A program made the translations under genes and the position numbers. A stretch of 63,068 nt of DNA, counting the filler. It is 5 parts of 5 records of this genome, joined end to end, with 100 filler letters (N's around TTAATTAATTAA, not from the genome) between each part and the next. Parts side by side here need not be neighbours in the genome. Positions count along the whole stretch, not along the records: positions 12,156 to 31,459 come from DRR723986_10716; positions 31,560 to 37,990 come from DRR723986_10718; positions 38,091 to 56,140 come from DRR723986_10721; 2 more parts are not named here. One strand, 5' to 3'. Of this stretch, positions 28,872 to 40,395 are shown piece by piece; position 1 is the stretch's first letter; each line of letters starts with the position of its first letter. Below the pieces are notes generated by a model. That model saw nothing but the letters and a program-made list of their open reading frames with translations, ran no database searches and had not been told where the DNA came from.

Positions 28872-29864
28872 ATGAAAGCTGTGCTGTCGAAAGAAGTCGG
28901 CGGACCGGAAACTCTGGTCCTCGAAGAGATCGCCTCGCCGGAATACGGCAAGAACCAGGTTCTGGTGCGGGTGAAGGCGTGCGGGGTGAACTTCCCGGAC
29001 TCGCTGATGATCAAGGACATGTACCAGTTCAAGCCGCCGCGTCCGTTCAGCCCGGGCGGCGAAGTGGCCGGTTTTGTCGAAGCAGTCGGGGAGGGCGTGA
29101 CCCATGTGAAGCCCGGCGACCGGGTTCTGGCCTCCATCGGTAATGGCGGTATGGCGGAACTGGCCGTCGCTGCGGCCCATTCCGTGATGCCCATCCCGGA
29201 CGACATGCCGTTCGCCGAAGCGGCCGCGTTCATGATGACCTATGGCACGTCCTATTATGCCCTGAAGGACCGGGCGGACCCGAAAAAAGGCGAGAAGCTG
29301 CTCGTTCTCGGCGCAGCTGGCGGTGTCGGCATCGCGGCGGTCGAGCTTGGCAAGGCGATGGGCCTCGAAGTCATCGCGGCCTGTTCCAGCCAGGAGAAGG
29401 TGGATTTCTGCCTCGGCAAGGGCGCCGACAAGGGCCTAGTCTATGCCCGCGAGCTCGACAAGGACGGCATGAAAGCCTTCTCGAACGACATCAAGGAAAT
29501 CTCCGGCGGCGGCGTGGACATCATCTATGACGGTGTCGGCGGCAATTATGCCGAACCGGCGCTGCGCGCGATGAACTGGGAAGGCCGCTTCCTCGTGATC
29601 GGCTTCCCGGCCGGTATCCCGAAGATCCCGCTGAACCTGACCCTGCTAAAAAGCTGCGACATCCGCGGCGTGTTCTGGGGCGCAGCTGTGGCCCGCGATC
29701 CCAAGGCGCATGCGCAGAACGTCAAGGAACTGTTCGAGCTCTACACCGCTGGCAAGATCCGTCCGCACGTCTCCAACACCTATCCGCTGGAGAAGTCGGC
29801 CGATGCCATCCTTGAACTGACGGAACGCCGCGCCCAGGGCAAGGTCGTCATCGTCATCGACTAA
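28872..29864 (+). CDS. NADPH:quinone oxidoreductase (MDR family)
   Basis: GVNFPD, FSPGGEVAG, LVLGAAGGVG and GKVV motifs. Confidence 0.92.
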   Translation: MKAVLSKEVGGPETLVLEEIASPEYGKNQVLVRVKACGVNFPDSLMIKDMYQFKPPRPFSPGGEVAGFVEAVGEGVTHVKPGDRVLASIGNGGMAELAVAAAHSVMPIPDDMPFAEAAAFMMTYGTSYYALKDRADPKKGEKLLVLGAAGGVGIAAVELGKAMGLEVIAACSSQEKVDFCLGKGADKGLVYARELDKDGMKAFSNDIKEISGGGVDIIYDGVGGNYAEPALRAMNWEGRFLVIGFPAGIPKIPLNLTLLKSCDIRGVFWGAAVARDPKAHAQNVKELFELYTAGKIRPHVSNTYPLEKSADAILELTERRAQGKVVIVID

Positions 29865-29906
29865 GCGGCAGTCCATGGCTTTCCCGGTACCGGCCTCCTC
29901 ATCTAG

Positions 29907-30890
<984 letters not shown>

Positions 30891-30912
30891 AGCCACTGGC
30901 TAAGGATTAAAT

Positions 30913-30950
30913 AAAAAGCCCGCCGGATTGCTCCGGCGGGCTTTGTCTTT
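30913..30950. terminator. Bidirectional terminator between pip and dnaK
   Basis: AAAAAGCCCGCCGGA-TTGC-TCCGGCGGGCTTTGTCTTT between convergent genes. Confidence 0.85.
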
Positions 30951-30966
30951 TCCGTTGTCTGACGGA

Positions 30967-31459
30967 CTATTTCTTGTCGTCGTCGACTTCCTCGAAGTCG
31001 GCGTCGACCACATCGTCGCCATCTGCGGCGGCGTCCGCTGCCGCGTCAGCATGAGCGGTCGACTCCTGCTGGCTGGCGTAGATCGCTTCGCCAAGTTTCA
31101 TGGCGGCCGACATCAGGGCCTGATGCTTGGCCTGGATGTCTGCGAGATTGTCCGTTTCGCGGGCTTCTTTCAGTTCGCCGACGGCTTTCTCAATCTCGCC
31201 TTTGACGTCCTCGGAGACCTTGTCGCCATGCTCTTCGAGCTGCTTCTCGGTCTGGTGCACCAGGGCTTCGGCGTGGTTCTTCGCTTCCACCAGTTCGCGG
31301 CGGGCCTTGTCGGCACCCGCATTGGCTTCAGCGTCTGCCATCATGCCTTTGATGTCCTCTTCCGAGAGACCGCCATCGGCCTGGATGGTGATGACCTGTT
31401 CCTTGCCGGTGGCCTTGTCCTTGGCGGACACCGACACGATGCCGTTGGCGTCGATGTCG
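30967..31459 (-). CDS. dnaK: Chaperone DnaK, C-terminal part (5'-truncated)
   Basis: [48 protein letters not shown]. Confidence 0.96.
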
Positions 31460-31559
31460 NNNNNNNNNNNNNNNNNNNNNNNNNNNNNNNNNNNNNNNNN
31501 NNNTTAATTAATTAANNNNNNNNNNNNNNNNNNNNNNNNNNNNNNNNNNNNNNNNNNNN
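31460..31559. other. Artificial contig spacer
   Basis: N-run, TTAATTAATTAA, N-run. Confidence 0.99.
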
Positions 31560-32404
31560 GCTGCCCCTATCACAGCTGGTGCTATTCCAAGGACGGGCGG
31601 CTTGTCTCCACCCCGCATGTGGGCGGCCCCGGCCAGAACAGCCATCCGCTTATGGACCGATCCGATCTGGGTCTGATCGAAGTGCGCAGCCATGTCTGGC
31701 GCGACGTGATCTTCGTGAACCTCTCGGGCGACGCGGCACCGTTTGAAGAGGTACACGCCACGGTTCTGGATCGCTGGAAGGATGTGGAAAAACCGCTTTA
31801 TCATGGCGGCGCAGACAGCAGCTTTACGCTGGATGTGAAAACCAACTGGAAGCTCGCGGTCGAGAATTACTGTGAAAGCTATCATCTGCCTTGGGTGCAT
31901 CCCGGCCTGAACAGCTATTCGCGGCTGGAAGACCACTATCATATCGAAGAAAAGAACCAGTTTTCCGGTCAGGGCAGCTATGTGTATCGGCAGATGAAAG
32001 GCGAAAACGGCGAGGTTTTCCCGGATTTCGACGGGTTGCCGGAGTTCTGGGACACCGGCGCGGAATATATCGCGCTTTATCCCAACGTGTTGCTCGGCGC
32101 GCAGCGGGATCACGCCTTCGCCATCGTGCTGGAACCAGTCAGCCACATGCAAACGCGCGAGCATGTGCATCTCTATTACGCCACGCCCGATATCTCTGAT
32201 GCGATGCGCGCCAAGAACGCCAAGCTTTGGAAAGAGGTCTTCGTTGAAGATGTCTTCGTGGTGGAAGGCATGCAACGGGGCCGCAGCGCGCCCGGTTTCG
32301 ACGGCGGTCGCTTCTCGCCCGCGATGGACGGGCCGACGCATCTGTTCCACGACTGGGTGGCAGGCAAGGTCGCGACCCTGCGGGCGGAACGCGATGCGGG
32401 ATGA
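31560..32404 (+). CDS. Rieske aromatic-ring-hydroxylating oxygenase alpha subunit (choline monooxygenase-like), 5'-truncated
   Basis: CPYHSW Rieske half-site at the contig start, NWKLAVENYCESYHLPWVHP mononuclear-iron motif and EDVFVVEGMQRG. Confidence 0.9.
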
Positions 32405-32615
32405 TCTGGACCAGCGCCTTCTGGCAGCCCATGCGGCGGATGACCGGGCGGCGCTGATCTCTCTTTATACCGAAGCGTCCGAGGCGGCGGGAAAGCCCGT
32501 CGCCCGGAACTTCTATCTGACCCATGCCTATGTCTTTGCCCTGGAAGCGGGCCTGCCCATTGCCGCCACCTTGCGGGCACGGCTGGTGGAGTACGGATCC
32601 GAGACGCCGGACTAG
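32394..32615 (+). CDS. Small hypothetical protein
   Basis: MRDDLDQRLLAAHA..FYLTHAYVFALEAG; overlaps the oxygenase stop. Confidence 0.7.
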   Translation: MRDDLDQRLLAAHAADDRAALISLYTEASEAAGKPVARNFYLTHAYVFALEAGLPIAATLRARLVEYGSETPD

Positions 32616-32956
32616 TCGGCGTCGCCCCAGGGCGGCGGCACAGCCACATCATCAGCGCGCGCCTCGTCTGTTTGATTGTCCAGAACCACCGGGCACTCCC
32701 ACAGCTCCAGCGTGGGTCGAACGCCGAAGCGGCCTTCCATCCAGTCGGCCCACCCGTCATTGAACCATGCCTCGGCGGCATCTCGACTGTCGAATTCGTA
32801 GACACCGCCACCGCCCGCTTCGGCATTGAGGAAGTATTTTCGGCGCAGCCCCTGAACCTTGCGGAAGATCTTCGTAGCCTCCAGCGACTGTGCGGTCACC
32901 AGATCATGCGGACGTTTTGGCCCGGTCAGCGGGATGCGGACAATGGCGATGATCAT
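32612..32956 (-). CDS. YdhR/monooxygenase-like dimeric alpha-beta barrel protein
   Basis: [26 protein letters not shown]. Confidence 0.7.
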   Translation of the reverse strand: MIIAIVRIPLTGPKRPHDLVTAQSLEATKIFRKVQGLRRKYFLNAEAGGGGVYEFDSRDAAEAWFNDGWADWMEGRFGVRPTLELWECPVVLDNQTDEARADDVAVPPPWGDAD

Positions 32957-33534
32957 GCGCCCAGTATCGCGCGAACATATTCCTGCGTCTCGGAATAGGG
33001 CGGCACCCCGTCATGGGCCTCGACCGCCTCGGGACCGGCATTATAGGCGGCCAGCGCCAATCGCCAGTTGCCGAAGCGGCGGAACTGCTGCGCCAGGTAG
33101 CGGGCGCCGCCATCGAGGTTTTCGTTGGCGTCATGGGGGTCGACCCCAAGCAGCGCCGCCGTGTCGGGCATCAGTTGCGCAAGACCGATCGCACCTGCAT
33201 GGCTCAGCGCATCCCGGTCCCAGCCGCTTTCCTGCTGCACAAGGCGCAGGAACAGGTCCTCGGGGATGCCATGGCGCCGCGCGGCGGACCGGGCGACTTC
33301 CAGCCAAGGGCCATTATAGCTGCCGTTGTAATAGGGGATGACTTCCTCGGCCTCGGTATCGGGGCGCAGGCGATCCGAAAACTCGTACTGGCTGGCTGCA
33401 CGGCTGTCGAGCAGGTCCAGCTGATCGCTGAACCGGCTGAGCCTGTCAGAACTCAGCCCCTGCGCCAACGCCGCCCCGGACCAAACCAGACCGGCCACAA
33501 GGGCAGACACCAAGACACCCCGTGATCCTGTCAT
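32953..33534 (-). CDS. Lytic transglycosylase (SLT domain)
   Basis: [23 protein letters not shown] and [10 protein letters not shown] motifs. Confidence 0.92.
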   Translation of the reverse strand: MTGSRGVLVSALVAGLVWSGAALAQGLSSDRLSRFSDQLDLLDSRAASQYEFSDRLRPDTEAEEVIPYYNGSYNGPWLEVARSAARRHGIPEDLFLRLVQQESGWDRDALSHAGAIGLAQLMPDTAALLGVDPHDANENLDGGARYLAQQFRRFGNWRLALAAYNAGPEAVEAHDGVPPYSETQEYVRAILGA

Positions 33535-33700
33535 TCAAAGCCTCATTTCATCAACCGCATGCAATATACGGAAAAGACGCGGCATTTCCAGAGTGTCGCG
33601 CGCCGCTTGGCAATCCCCCGCGCATTTGGGTTTTCTTAACCATGTTGCGGTGATCTAAGCTGCGTCACATCGTGAGATTCGAAATAAACGGGGAGAGATC

Positions 33701-34231
33701 ATGGCTGGGTCCGTCAACAAGGTCATTCTGATAGGCAATCTGGGGCGCGATCCCGAAGTGCGGTCGTTCCAGAATGGCGGCAAAGTCTGCAACCTGCGTA
33801 TCGCCACCAGCGAAACCTGGAAAGACCGCAACACCGGCGAACGGCGTGAAAAGACGGAATGGCACAGCGTTGCCATCTTCCAGGAAGGTCTGGTCCGCGT
33901 GGCTGAGCAATATCTGCGCAAAGGGTCCAAGGTCTATATCGAGGGCCAGTTGCAAACCCGCAAATGGCAGGATCAATCCGGTCAGGACCGCTATTCGACC
34001 GAAGTTGTGCTGCAAGGCTTCGGTGGAACGCTCGTGATGCTCGACGGCCGCAGCGAAGGCGGCGGTGGCGGTGGCGGCTACGGTGGTGGCGGTCAGGGCG
34101 GCGGCTATGGCGGCGGCGGCGGTTATCCCGATGACCGCGACGGCGGCGGATATGGCGGCGGCGGCGGTGGCGGCGGCAGCCAGGGTGGCGGTGGCCGCTC
34201 GAACGATATGGATGACGAAATTCCGTTCTAA
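33701..34231 (+). CDS. ssb: Single-stranded DNA-binding protein
   Basis: [19 protein letters not shown], Gly-rich linker and DDEIPF tail. Confidence 0.97.
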   Translation: MAGSVNKVILIGNLGRDPEVRSFQNGGKVCNLRIATSETWKDRNTGERREKTEWHSVAIFQEGLVRVAEQYLRKGSKVYIEGQLQTRKWQDQSGQDRYSTEVVLQGFGGTLVMLDGRSEGGGGGGGYGGGGQGGGYGGGGGYPDDRDGGGYGGGGGGGGSQGGGGRSNDMDDEIPF

Positions 34232-34258
34232 GCCCAACCAGATCCGACGAGGCGCGCC

Positions 34259-35446
34259 ATGCATGTGCTGAACCCCAGATTCGCGGCCACCTTCCCGCCC
34301 CCCGTCATGGAGGCGCGGCGCTGGATGGATGGGGTCACGTTCCCCGCCAACCGGCCGCTGATCAACCTCAGCCAGGCCGCGCCCGTCGATCCCCCGCCCG
34401 AGGGCCTGCGCCGGGCCATGGCGGACGCGTTGCTGACCCAAGCCGACAGCCATCTTTACGGCCCGGTTCTGGGCCGCCCCGAATTGCGCAACGAACTGGC
34501 CGCGCAATGGACTGGCGGCTATGGCGGCACGGTCCGCCCCGATCAGGTGGCAATCACCTCCGGCTGCAATCAGGCGTTCTGCGCCGTCATGGCAACGCTG
34601 GCGGGCGAAGGCGACGGGGTGATCCTGCCGACGCCCTACTATTTCAACCACAAGATGTGGCTGGATATGACCGGGGTCGAGGCGCAACTGCTGGCGACGG
34701 GCGAAAGCCTGATCCCCGATCCGGACGCCGCCGAGGCACTGATCACCGATCGCACCCGTGCCATCGTGCTGATTTCGCCCAACAATCCGGGTGGTGTGGA
34801 ATACCCCGCCCCGGTTATGGCCGCCTTCCGCGACCTGTGCCGCCGTCGCAAGATTGCGCTGATCGTGGATGAGACCTATCGCGACTTCCATTCCGTCGAG
34901 GGCGCGCCGCATGATCTGTTTGCCGATCCCGATTGGGATGACACGCTGATCCAGCTCTATTCCTTCTCCAAGTCCTATCGCCTGACCGGTCACCGTGTCG
35001 GTGCCATCGTCGCCAGCCCGGAACGTCTGTTCGAGGTGGAAAAATTCCTCGATACCGTCGCCATCTGCCCCAGTCAGGTCGGCCAGATAGGCGCGCTTTG
35101 GGGGATGCAGAACCTTGGCGACTGGCTGGCGGGCGAACGGCTGGAAATCCTGAACCGCCGCGCGGCGATGGAAACCGCCTTTCAGCGGCTTTCCGGTTGG
35201 GAATTGCTGGGATGCGGCGCCTATTTCGCCTATGTACGCCACCCGTTCGAGATGCGCTCGGACGAGGTTGCCAAGGCAATGGTGACGCAAGCGGGCCTTC
35301 TGACCCTGCCCGGCACCATGTTCGGCCCGTTGCGGGACCAGGGCGGATCGGGTCAGGCCGAAACGACCCTGCGGATCGCCTTTGCCAACGCAGATGCCGC
35401 CGGATTGGCCGAAGTTGGGCACAGACTTTCCCAGCTTTCCCTCTAG
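34259..35446 (+). CDS. PLP-dependent aminotransferase class I/II
   Basis: SPNNPGG, DETY and SFSKSYRLTGHRVG motifs. Confidence 0.9.
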   Translation: MHVLNPRFAATFPPPVMEARRWMDGVTFPANRPLINLSQAAPVDPPPEGLRRAMADALLTQADSHLYGPVLGRPELRNELAAQWTGGYGGTVRPDQVAITSGCNQAFCAVMATLAGEGDGVILPTPYYFNHKMWLDMTGVEAQLLATGESLIPDPDAAEALITDRTRAIVLISPNNPGGVEYPAPVMAAFRDLCRRRKIALIVDETYRDFHSVEGAPHDLFADPDWDDTLIQLYSFSKSYRLTGHRVGAIVASPERLFEVEKFLDTVAICPSQVGQIGALWGMQNLGDWLAGERLEILNRRAAMETAFQRLSGWELLGCGAYFAYVRHPFEMRSDEVAKAMVTQAGLLTLPGTMFGPLRDQGGSGQAETTLRIAFANADAAGLAEVGHRLSQLSL

Positions 35447-35515
35447 GCCCCTTGCCCCCCCTGCCGTGACCCCCTAAACCTGCGCTTCAGAGCCAGATCA
35501 AGGGAGATATCCGGC

Positions 35516-37375
35516 ATGGCACGACGCGCAGGCAAACGAAAGCTGTCAGACTATTTCGTCTGGGCCATTCTCGCCCTTTTGATGTTCGGGCTTGCGGGCT
35601 TCGGCATCGGCAATTTCGGCGGTTCGGCGCTGGAGGTCGGATCGGTCGGAAACGCCTCGATCTCGGCCAACGCCTATGCCCGTGCCATCCAGGCGGAACT
35701 GCGCGCCCAGGCCGCCGAAGGTGGCCCCTACCAATCGCTCAGTGACCTGCGCCAAGCCGGGCTTGACCGCGCCATTCTGGAAGGGCTGGTCGCCCGCGCG
35801 GCGCTGACCCACGAGGCGGGAGAGATGTCGCTTTCCGTGGGCGACGGGGAAGTCGCGCGCCAGATCACCACGACCTCTACCTTTCAGGGCATCGACGGCA
35901 ATTTCGACCGCGCAGGCTACGAACTGGCACTGAGCCAGGCAGGCTATAACGTGGAAGAGTTCGAAGAAACCATCCGCGAAGACGTGTCCCGCTCGATCCT
36001 CCAGGCAGCTGTCATCGGCGGATTGCCGACGCCCGAGACCTTTACCGAGATCATGGTCGCCTTCCAGACCGAGACCCGCACATTCACCCTCGCGCGTATC
36101 ACCGAAACCGATCTGACCGCCGGTCTGGCCGCCGCCACGCCCGAGGACTTGCAGGACTATTACGACGAGAACGGACAGCGGTTCGAACGCCCCGAGATGC
36201 GCACGATTTCCTATGCTTGGATCACGCCCGACATGATCATGGACTCGGTCGAGATCGACCCCACTGTTATCCGGGCGCTCTATGACGAACGCATCGCGGA
36301 ATATGTCCAGCCCGAACGCCGCCTGCTGGAACGGCTGGTCTTTCCAAACCAGGAAGACGCTGACGCAGCCCGCGCGGCCCTCGATGCCGGGGAAACCGAT
36401 TACGACACGCTGGTCGAGGATCGCGGCCTGACGCTGGACGATGTGGATCTTGGCGAAACCGCGCCCGACGACCTGTCCGATGCCGCCGCCGCCGTGATCT
36501 TCGCCGATACCGAAAGCGAGATCATCGGCCCGCTCGAAAGCCGCTTCGGCCCGGCCCTGTTCCGCATCAACGCTGTGCTGGACGCCACGGAAGTCCCCTA
36601 CGAGGACGCGGCCGAAGACTTGCGCGCCGAATTGGCCGAAGACGGCGCCCGCCGCGCCATCGACGACATGTTGGAGGAACTGGACGATCTTCTGGCCGGC
36701 GGGGCAACGCTGGAAGAGATCGCAGACGAAACCGACATGGTATTCGCCAGCATCGACTGGTTTGACGGGATGGATCAGGGCATCGCCGCCTATGACAGCT
36801 TCGCAGAGGCCGCGGCAGCCGTTCAGGAGGGCGATTTCCCCGAGCTTCTGGCCCTGTCCGATGGCGGCCAGTTCGCCCTGCGTCTTGATGCCATCGTGCC
36901 TCCGGCCATCCCGCCGCTGGCCGAGATCGAGGACGAGGTCAACGACGCCTGGCGCGCCACGCAATTGCGCATCCGGCTGGAGGAGCGCGCCAATGCGATC
37001 CTCGGAAACCTCGCGTTGACGGGCAGCCTTGAGGATCAGGGCCTTAGCCTGACCACCGAAGACCAGATCCGCCGGCAGGATTTCATCCCTGACGCGCCCC
37101 CCACCCTTGTGCCGCAGGTGTTCCAACTGGACGCACCCGGCGACATGGTGGTCATCCCCGGCGCCCGCGCCGCCTATATTGCGCGGCTCGACAGCATCAA
37201 TCAGGGCACCCGTGGCACGCCGGAAGTGGCGGCGCTGCAAGGCTTGTTTGGGGCGCAGATCGCCAATTCCATCGCGGCGGATGTGTTCGAAGCCTTCGGA
37301 CAGGCGCTGGAAGCGGAGATCGGCATTTCACTCGATCCCGCCGTCATCAACGCGGTCAACGCACAGTTTCCCTGA
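35516..37375 (+). CDS. ppiD: PpiD-like membrane-anchored periplasmic chaperone / peptidylprolyl isomerase
   Basis: N-terminal TM helix, SurA-N-like region and parvulin-like segment (DLG..GPLESRFG); lies upstream of trpE. Confidence 0.8.
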   Translation: MARRAGKRKLSDYFVWAILALLMFGLAGFGIGNFGGSALEVGSVGNASISANAYARAIQAELRAQAAEGGPYQSLSDLRQAGLDRAILEGLVARAALTHEAGEMSLSVGDGEVARQITTTSTFQGIDGNFDRAGYELALSQAGYNVEEFEETIREDVSRSILQAAVIGGLPTPETFTEIMVAFQTETRTFTLARITETDLTAGLAAATPEDLQDYYDENGQRFERPEMRTISYAWITPDMIMDSVEIDPTVIRALYDERIAEYVQPERRLLERLVFPNQEDADAARAALDAGETDYDTLVEDRGLTLDDVDLGETAPDDLSDAAAAVIFADTESEIIGPLESRFGPALFRINAVLDATEVPYEDAAEDLRAELAEDGARRAIDDMLEELDDLLAGGATLEEIADETDMVFASIDWFDGMDQGIAAYDSFAEAAAAVQEGDFPELLALSDGGQFALRLDAIVPPAIPPLAEIEDEVNDAWRATQLRIRLEERANAILGNLALTGSLEDQGLSLTTEDQIRRQDFIPDAPPTLVPQVFQLDAPGDMVVIPGARAAYIARLDSINQGTRGTPEVAALQGLFGAQIANSIAADVFEAFGQALEAEIGISLDPAVINAVNAQFP

Positions 37376-37381
37376 GGCACC

Positions 37382-37990
37382 ATGGCACTGACCCCGTCCT
37401 TCGAGGCATTTGACCAAGGCTGGTCCCAGGGCAAGAACCAGCTGGTCTACACCCGGCTTGCCGCCGATCTGGACACGCCGGTTTCGGTGATGATGAAGCT
37501 CGCCGATGCTGGCAAGGACAGTTTCATCCTCGAATCCGTGACCGGGGGCGAGGTGCGCGGGCGTTATTCGATCATCGGCATGAAGCCCGATCTGATCTGG
37601 GAATGCCGGGGCGATGGCAGCCGTCTGAACCGGTCCGCCCGCTATGATCGTGACGCGTTCGACCCGTGCTCGGAACCGCCGCTTCAGGCGATCCGGTCGC
37701 TCTTGGCCGAAAGCGCCATCGACATCCCCGACGACCTGCCCGCCGCGGCGGCGGGGCTGTTTGGCTATCTGGGCTATGACATGATCCGGCTGGTGGAACA
37801 TCTGCCGGACGTGAACCCCGACCCGCTCGGCCTGCCAGACGCGGTGCTGATCCGCCCCTCGGTCATCGCGGTTCTGGATGGCGTCAAGGGCGAGGTCACG
37901 GTCGTCTCTCCTGCCTGGACGGGAACCGGCCTGTCGGCCCGCGCCGCCTATGCGCAGGCGGCCGAACGGGTGATGGATGCGGTGCGCGAT
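37382..37990 (+). CDS. trpE: Anthranilate synthase component I (3'-truncated)
   Basis: LAADLDTPVS, LESVTGGEVRGRYSIIG and GLFGYLGYDMIR motifs. Confidence 0.93.
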
Positions 37991-38090
37991 NNNNNNNNNN
38001 NNNNNNNNNNNNNNNNNNNNNNNNNNNNNNNNNNTTAATTAATTAANNNNNNNNNNNNNNNNNNNNNNNNNNNNNNNNNNNNNNNNNNNN
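37991..38090. other. Artificial contig spacer
   Basis: N-run, TTAATTAATTAA, N-run. Confidence 0.99.
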
Positions 38091-38125
38091 CCATGCAAGC
38101 GCTCTCCCAGCTGAGCTATACCCCC
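38091..38125 (-). tRNA. tRNA-Ala(GGC), 5' half, truncated at the anticodon by the contig end
   Basis: Minus strand reads GGGGGTATAGCTCAGCTGGGAGAGCGCTTGCATGG. Confidence 0.9.
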
Positions 38126-38140
38126 GAAGCGAAGACCAAG

Positions 38141-38169
38141 ATTATTAATTATTTTGCTCAACTTGTCAA
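38141..38169 (-). promoter_or_regulatory. Sigma70 promoter of the tRNA
   Basis: TTGACA-N17-AATAAT on the minus strand, just upstream of the tRNA. Confidence 0.7.
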
Positions 38170-38315
38170 CAACCTGCTGAACCTTTTTAAACAAAACTTT
38201 TAAATCTTTTTGCCTTCTGCCTGCATTGCCTCAGCAATTCGAGCAGCCCGAATTATACACATATTTGTCGGGTACACTGCAAGTGATTTTTCAAAAAAAC
38301 AGAAGCAAACAACAA

Positions 38316-38882
38316 ATGAAATACTGCAGCACATGTGGAACCCCGGTTGAACTTCGAATTCCTGCTGGCGATAACCGGGAACGAAGCTGTTGCCCCGGAT
38401 GTGGCACCATTCACTACGTGAATCCGAAAATTGTCGTTGGCACCATCCCAACCTATCAGGGCAAGGTTTTGCTTTGCAAACGTGCGATTGAACCTCGCTA
38501 TGGTTTTTGGACATTGCCGGCAGGCTTCATGGAACTGAATGAAACCACCCACCAGGGCGCCACTCGCGAAACCTGGGAAGAAGCTGGTGCCCAGATCGAA
38601 CTCGGTCCGTTATTTACCATGTTCGATGTCATTCGCGCCGAACAAGTTCATATTTTTTTTCGTGCTGAAATGCCGACCCCCACCTTTAACGCAGGTGAAG
38701 AAAGCCTGGATGTGCGACTGTTTGCTGAAGACGAGATTCCTTGGGATGAGCTGGCCTTCAAAACCGTGTCAAAAACACTGACCCTGTTCTTTGCAGATCG
38801 AAAAGCGGGTCGCTATACCCTTCACACGGGCGATGTCTTCGATCACACAGACTGGACAGATTCGCAATTCAAGGCCGGATGA
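38316..38882 (+). CDS. NUDIX hydrolase with N-terminal zinc ribbon
   Basis: CSTC..CPGC..HYVNPK and the Nudix box GFMELNET..GATRETWEEAG. Confidence 0.92.
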   Translation: MKYCSTCGTPVELRIPAGDNRERSCCPGCGTIHYVNPKIVVGTIPTYQGKVLLCKRAIEPRYGFWTLPAGFMELNETTHQGATRETWEEAGAQIELGPLFTMFDVIRAEQVHIFFRAEMPTPTFNAGEESLDVRLFAEDEIPWDELAFKTVSKTLTLFFADRKAGRYTLHTGDVFDHTDWTDSQFKAG

Positions 38883-39607
38883 CAAAAACCACGATTCCCT
38901 GGCTGGACTCCCCACACGAATTTCCCAGCACCCACCTCGCACTTGAATACCCGCCAGGCTTGCTCGCTGCCAGCATGGAAATCAATGCAGACTGGCTTGA
39001 AGCGAGCTACGCACGCGGCATTTTCCCATGGTATTCCCAAGGGGAACCTGTGCTGTGGTGGAGCACAACCCCACGCGCTGTTCTATACACGGCAGAATTC
39101 AAGCTTCACCGCTCATTGGCCAAAGCGATACGCAAAATGCAGGGCAACTCGAGCAGCACGATTCGCCTGAACACCGCCTTTGAGCGAGTGATGCGTGCCT
39201 GCGCAGCACCCAGGCCTGGCCAGGAAGGCACCTGGATCACCGAAGAAGTGATTGCGGCCTACACCACACTTCACGAACGGGGTTTGGCGCACTCTGTTGA
39301 ACACTGGCAAGGCGACCAGCTCATCGGTGGCCTGTATTGTGTGGCCTTGGGCAAAATGGTGTACGGTGAAAGCATGTTTGCCACCCAAACCGATGCTTCC
39401 AAAGTGGCCTTCGCTCATTTTGTGTATTGGCTAAAATCACAGAATGTGCACATAATTGATTGCCAGCAGGCCACCCGGCATTTGATGTCTATGGGTGCCC
39501 GTACGGTAAGCCGAAAGGTGTTTGAGACTGAAATGGCGAATTCCATTGTGCAGCCCACCTTGAATTGGGAACCTCGCGAACTTAAATGGACGTATGACCA
39601 GACCTAA
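38879..39607 (+). CDS. aat: Leucyl/phenylalanyl-tRNA--protein transferase
   Basis: GIFPWYS..VLWWS, AHSVE, GGLY and GESMF..DASKVA motifs. Confidence 0.95.
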   Translation: MTKTTIPWLDSPHEFPSTHLALEYPPGLLAASMEINADWLEASYARGIFPWYSQGEPVLWWSTTPRAVLYTAEFKLHRSLAKAIRKMQGNSSSTIRLNTAFERVMRACAAPRPGQEGTWITEEVIAAYTTLHERGLAHSVEHWQGDQLIGGLYCVALGKMVYGESMFATQTDASKVAFAHFVYWLKSQNVHIIDCQQATRHLMSMGARTVSRKVFETEMANSIVQPTLNWEPRELKWTYDQT

Positions 39608-40328
39608 GGAACTGCCCTTCTCCACACTGCAGTTTTATTCGACTGCGCCTTATCCCTGTAGCTATTTGGACAATCGTTTGGCCAGGTCACAGGTGGCAAC
39701 TCCCAGCCATTTGATCAACGCCGATGTGTACAGCGAATTGGTGCGCCTGGGTTTTCGTCGCAGTGGTCTGTTCACTTACAAACCCCACTGCGATGGCTGT
39801 AACTCGTGCAAGCCCCTGCGCCTGAAAGTGTCCCAGTTTCATACGAATCGAAGCCAGCGACGTACAGTAAAGGCATTTGCCAATCTGAAACCGAGCGTAC
39901 AGCGACTGCATTTTAACTCAGAGCATTATGCCTTGTACCTCAAATATCAATCGGCCCGCCATCACGGTGGCGGGATGGATGAGGATAGCCGCGAGCAGTA
40001 TTCGCAATTTTTATTGCAAACTAGGGTGAACTCGCGATTGGTAGAATTCCGAAACCCGGAAGGCAAATTGGTGATGGTATCCATCATCGATATTCTTACC
40101 GATGGCCTATCCTCGGTGTATACCTTCTTCGATCCAGAGGAACGAAGCGGCTTGGGCGTCTACGGCGTACTTTGGCAAATTGAGCAATGCCGAGACCTGG
40201 AACTCCCCTATCTTTATTTGGGCTACTGGATCAAGGAAAGCGAAAAAATGGCTTACAAGGCCCGCTTTTCCTCTGCAGAAGTTTTTCAAGACAACATATG
40301 GCAACCACTGGCTGAACCAAACCGGTAA
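39594..40328 (+). CDS. bpt: Aspartate/glutamate leucyltransferase (ATE1-like)
   Basis: [27 protein letters not shown] and [13 protein letters not shown] motifs; follows aat. Confidence 0.92.
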   Translation: MTRPKELPFSTLQFYSTAPYPCSYLDNRLARSQVATPSHLINADVYSELVRLGFRRSGLFTYKPHCDGCNSCKPLRLKVSQFHTNRSQRRTVKAFANLKPSVQRLHFNSEHYALYLKYQSARHHGGGMDEDSREQYSQFLLQTRVNSRLVEFRNPEGKLVMVSIIDILTDGLSSVYTFFDPEERSGLGVYGVLWQIEQCRDLELPYLYLGYWIKESEKMAYKARFSSAEVFQDNIWQPLAEPNR

Positions 40329-40395
40329 TCGGCCAACACATTCCCCGTTACAATTCGGGCTCATTCATCTTAACTACCGCTGCTTGAAAACCGCC

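Noticed and set aside
34058-34196. GGC-rich low-complexity repeat
   Set aside because: It encodes the ordinary Gly-rich linker of SSB.
33665-37240. 585-aa and 564-aa minus-strand ORFs
   Set aside because: Antisense to ssb/aminotransferase and the PpiD-like gene, which carry the real motifs.
38091-38125. tRNA fragment as a prophage or island attachment site
   Set aside because: The fragment is the 5' half with its own promoter and is cut by the contig end; no integrase is nearby.
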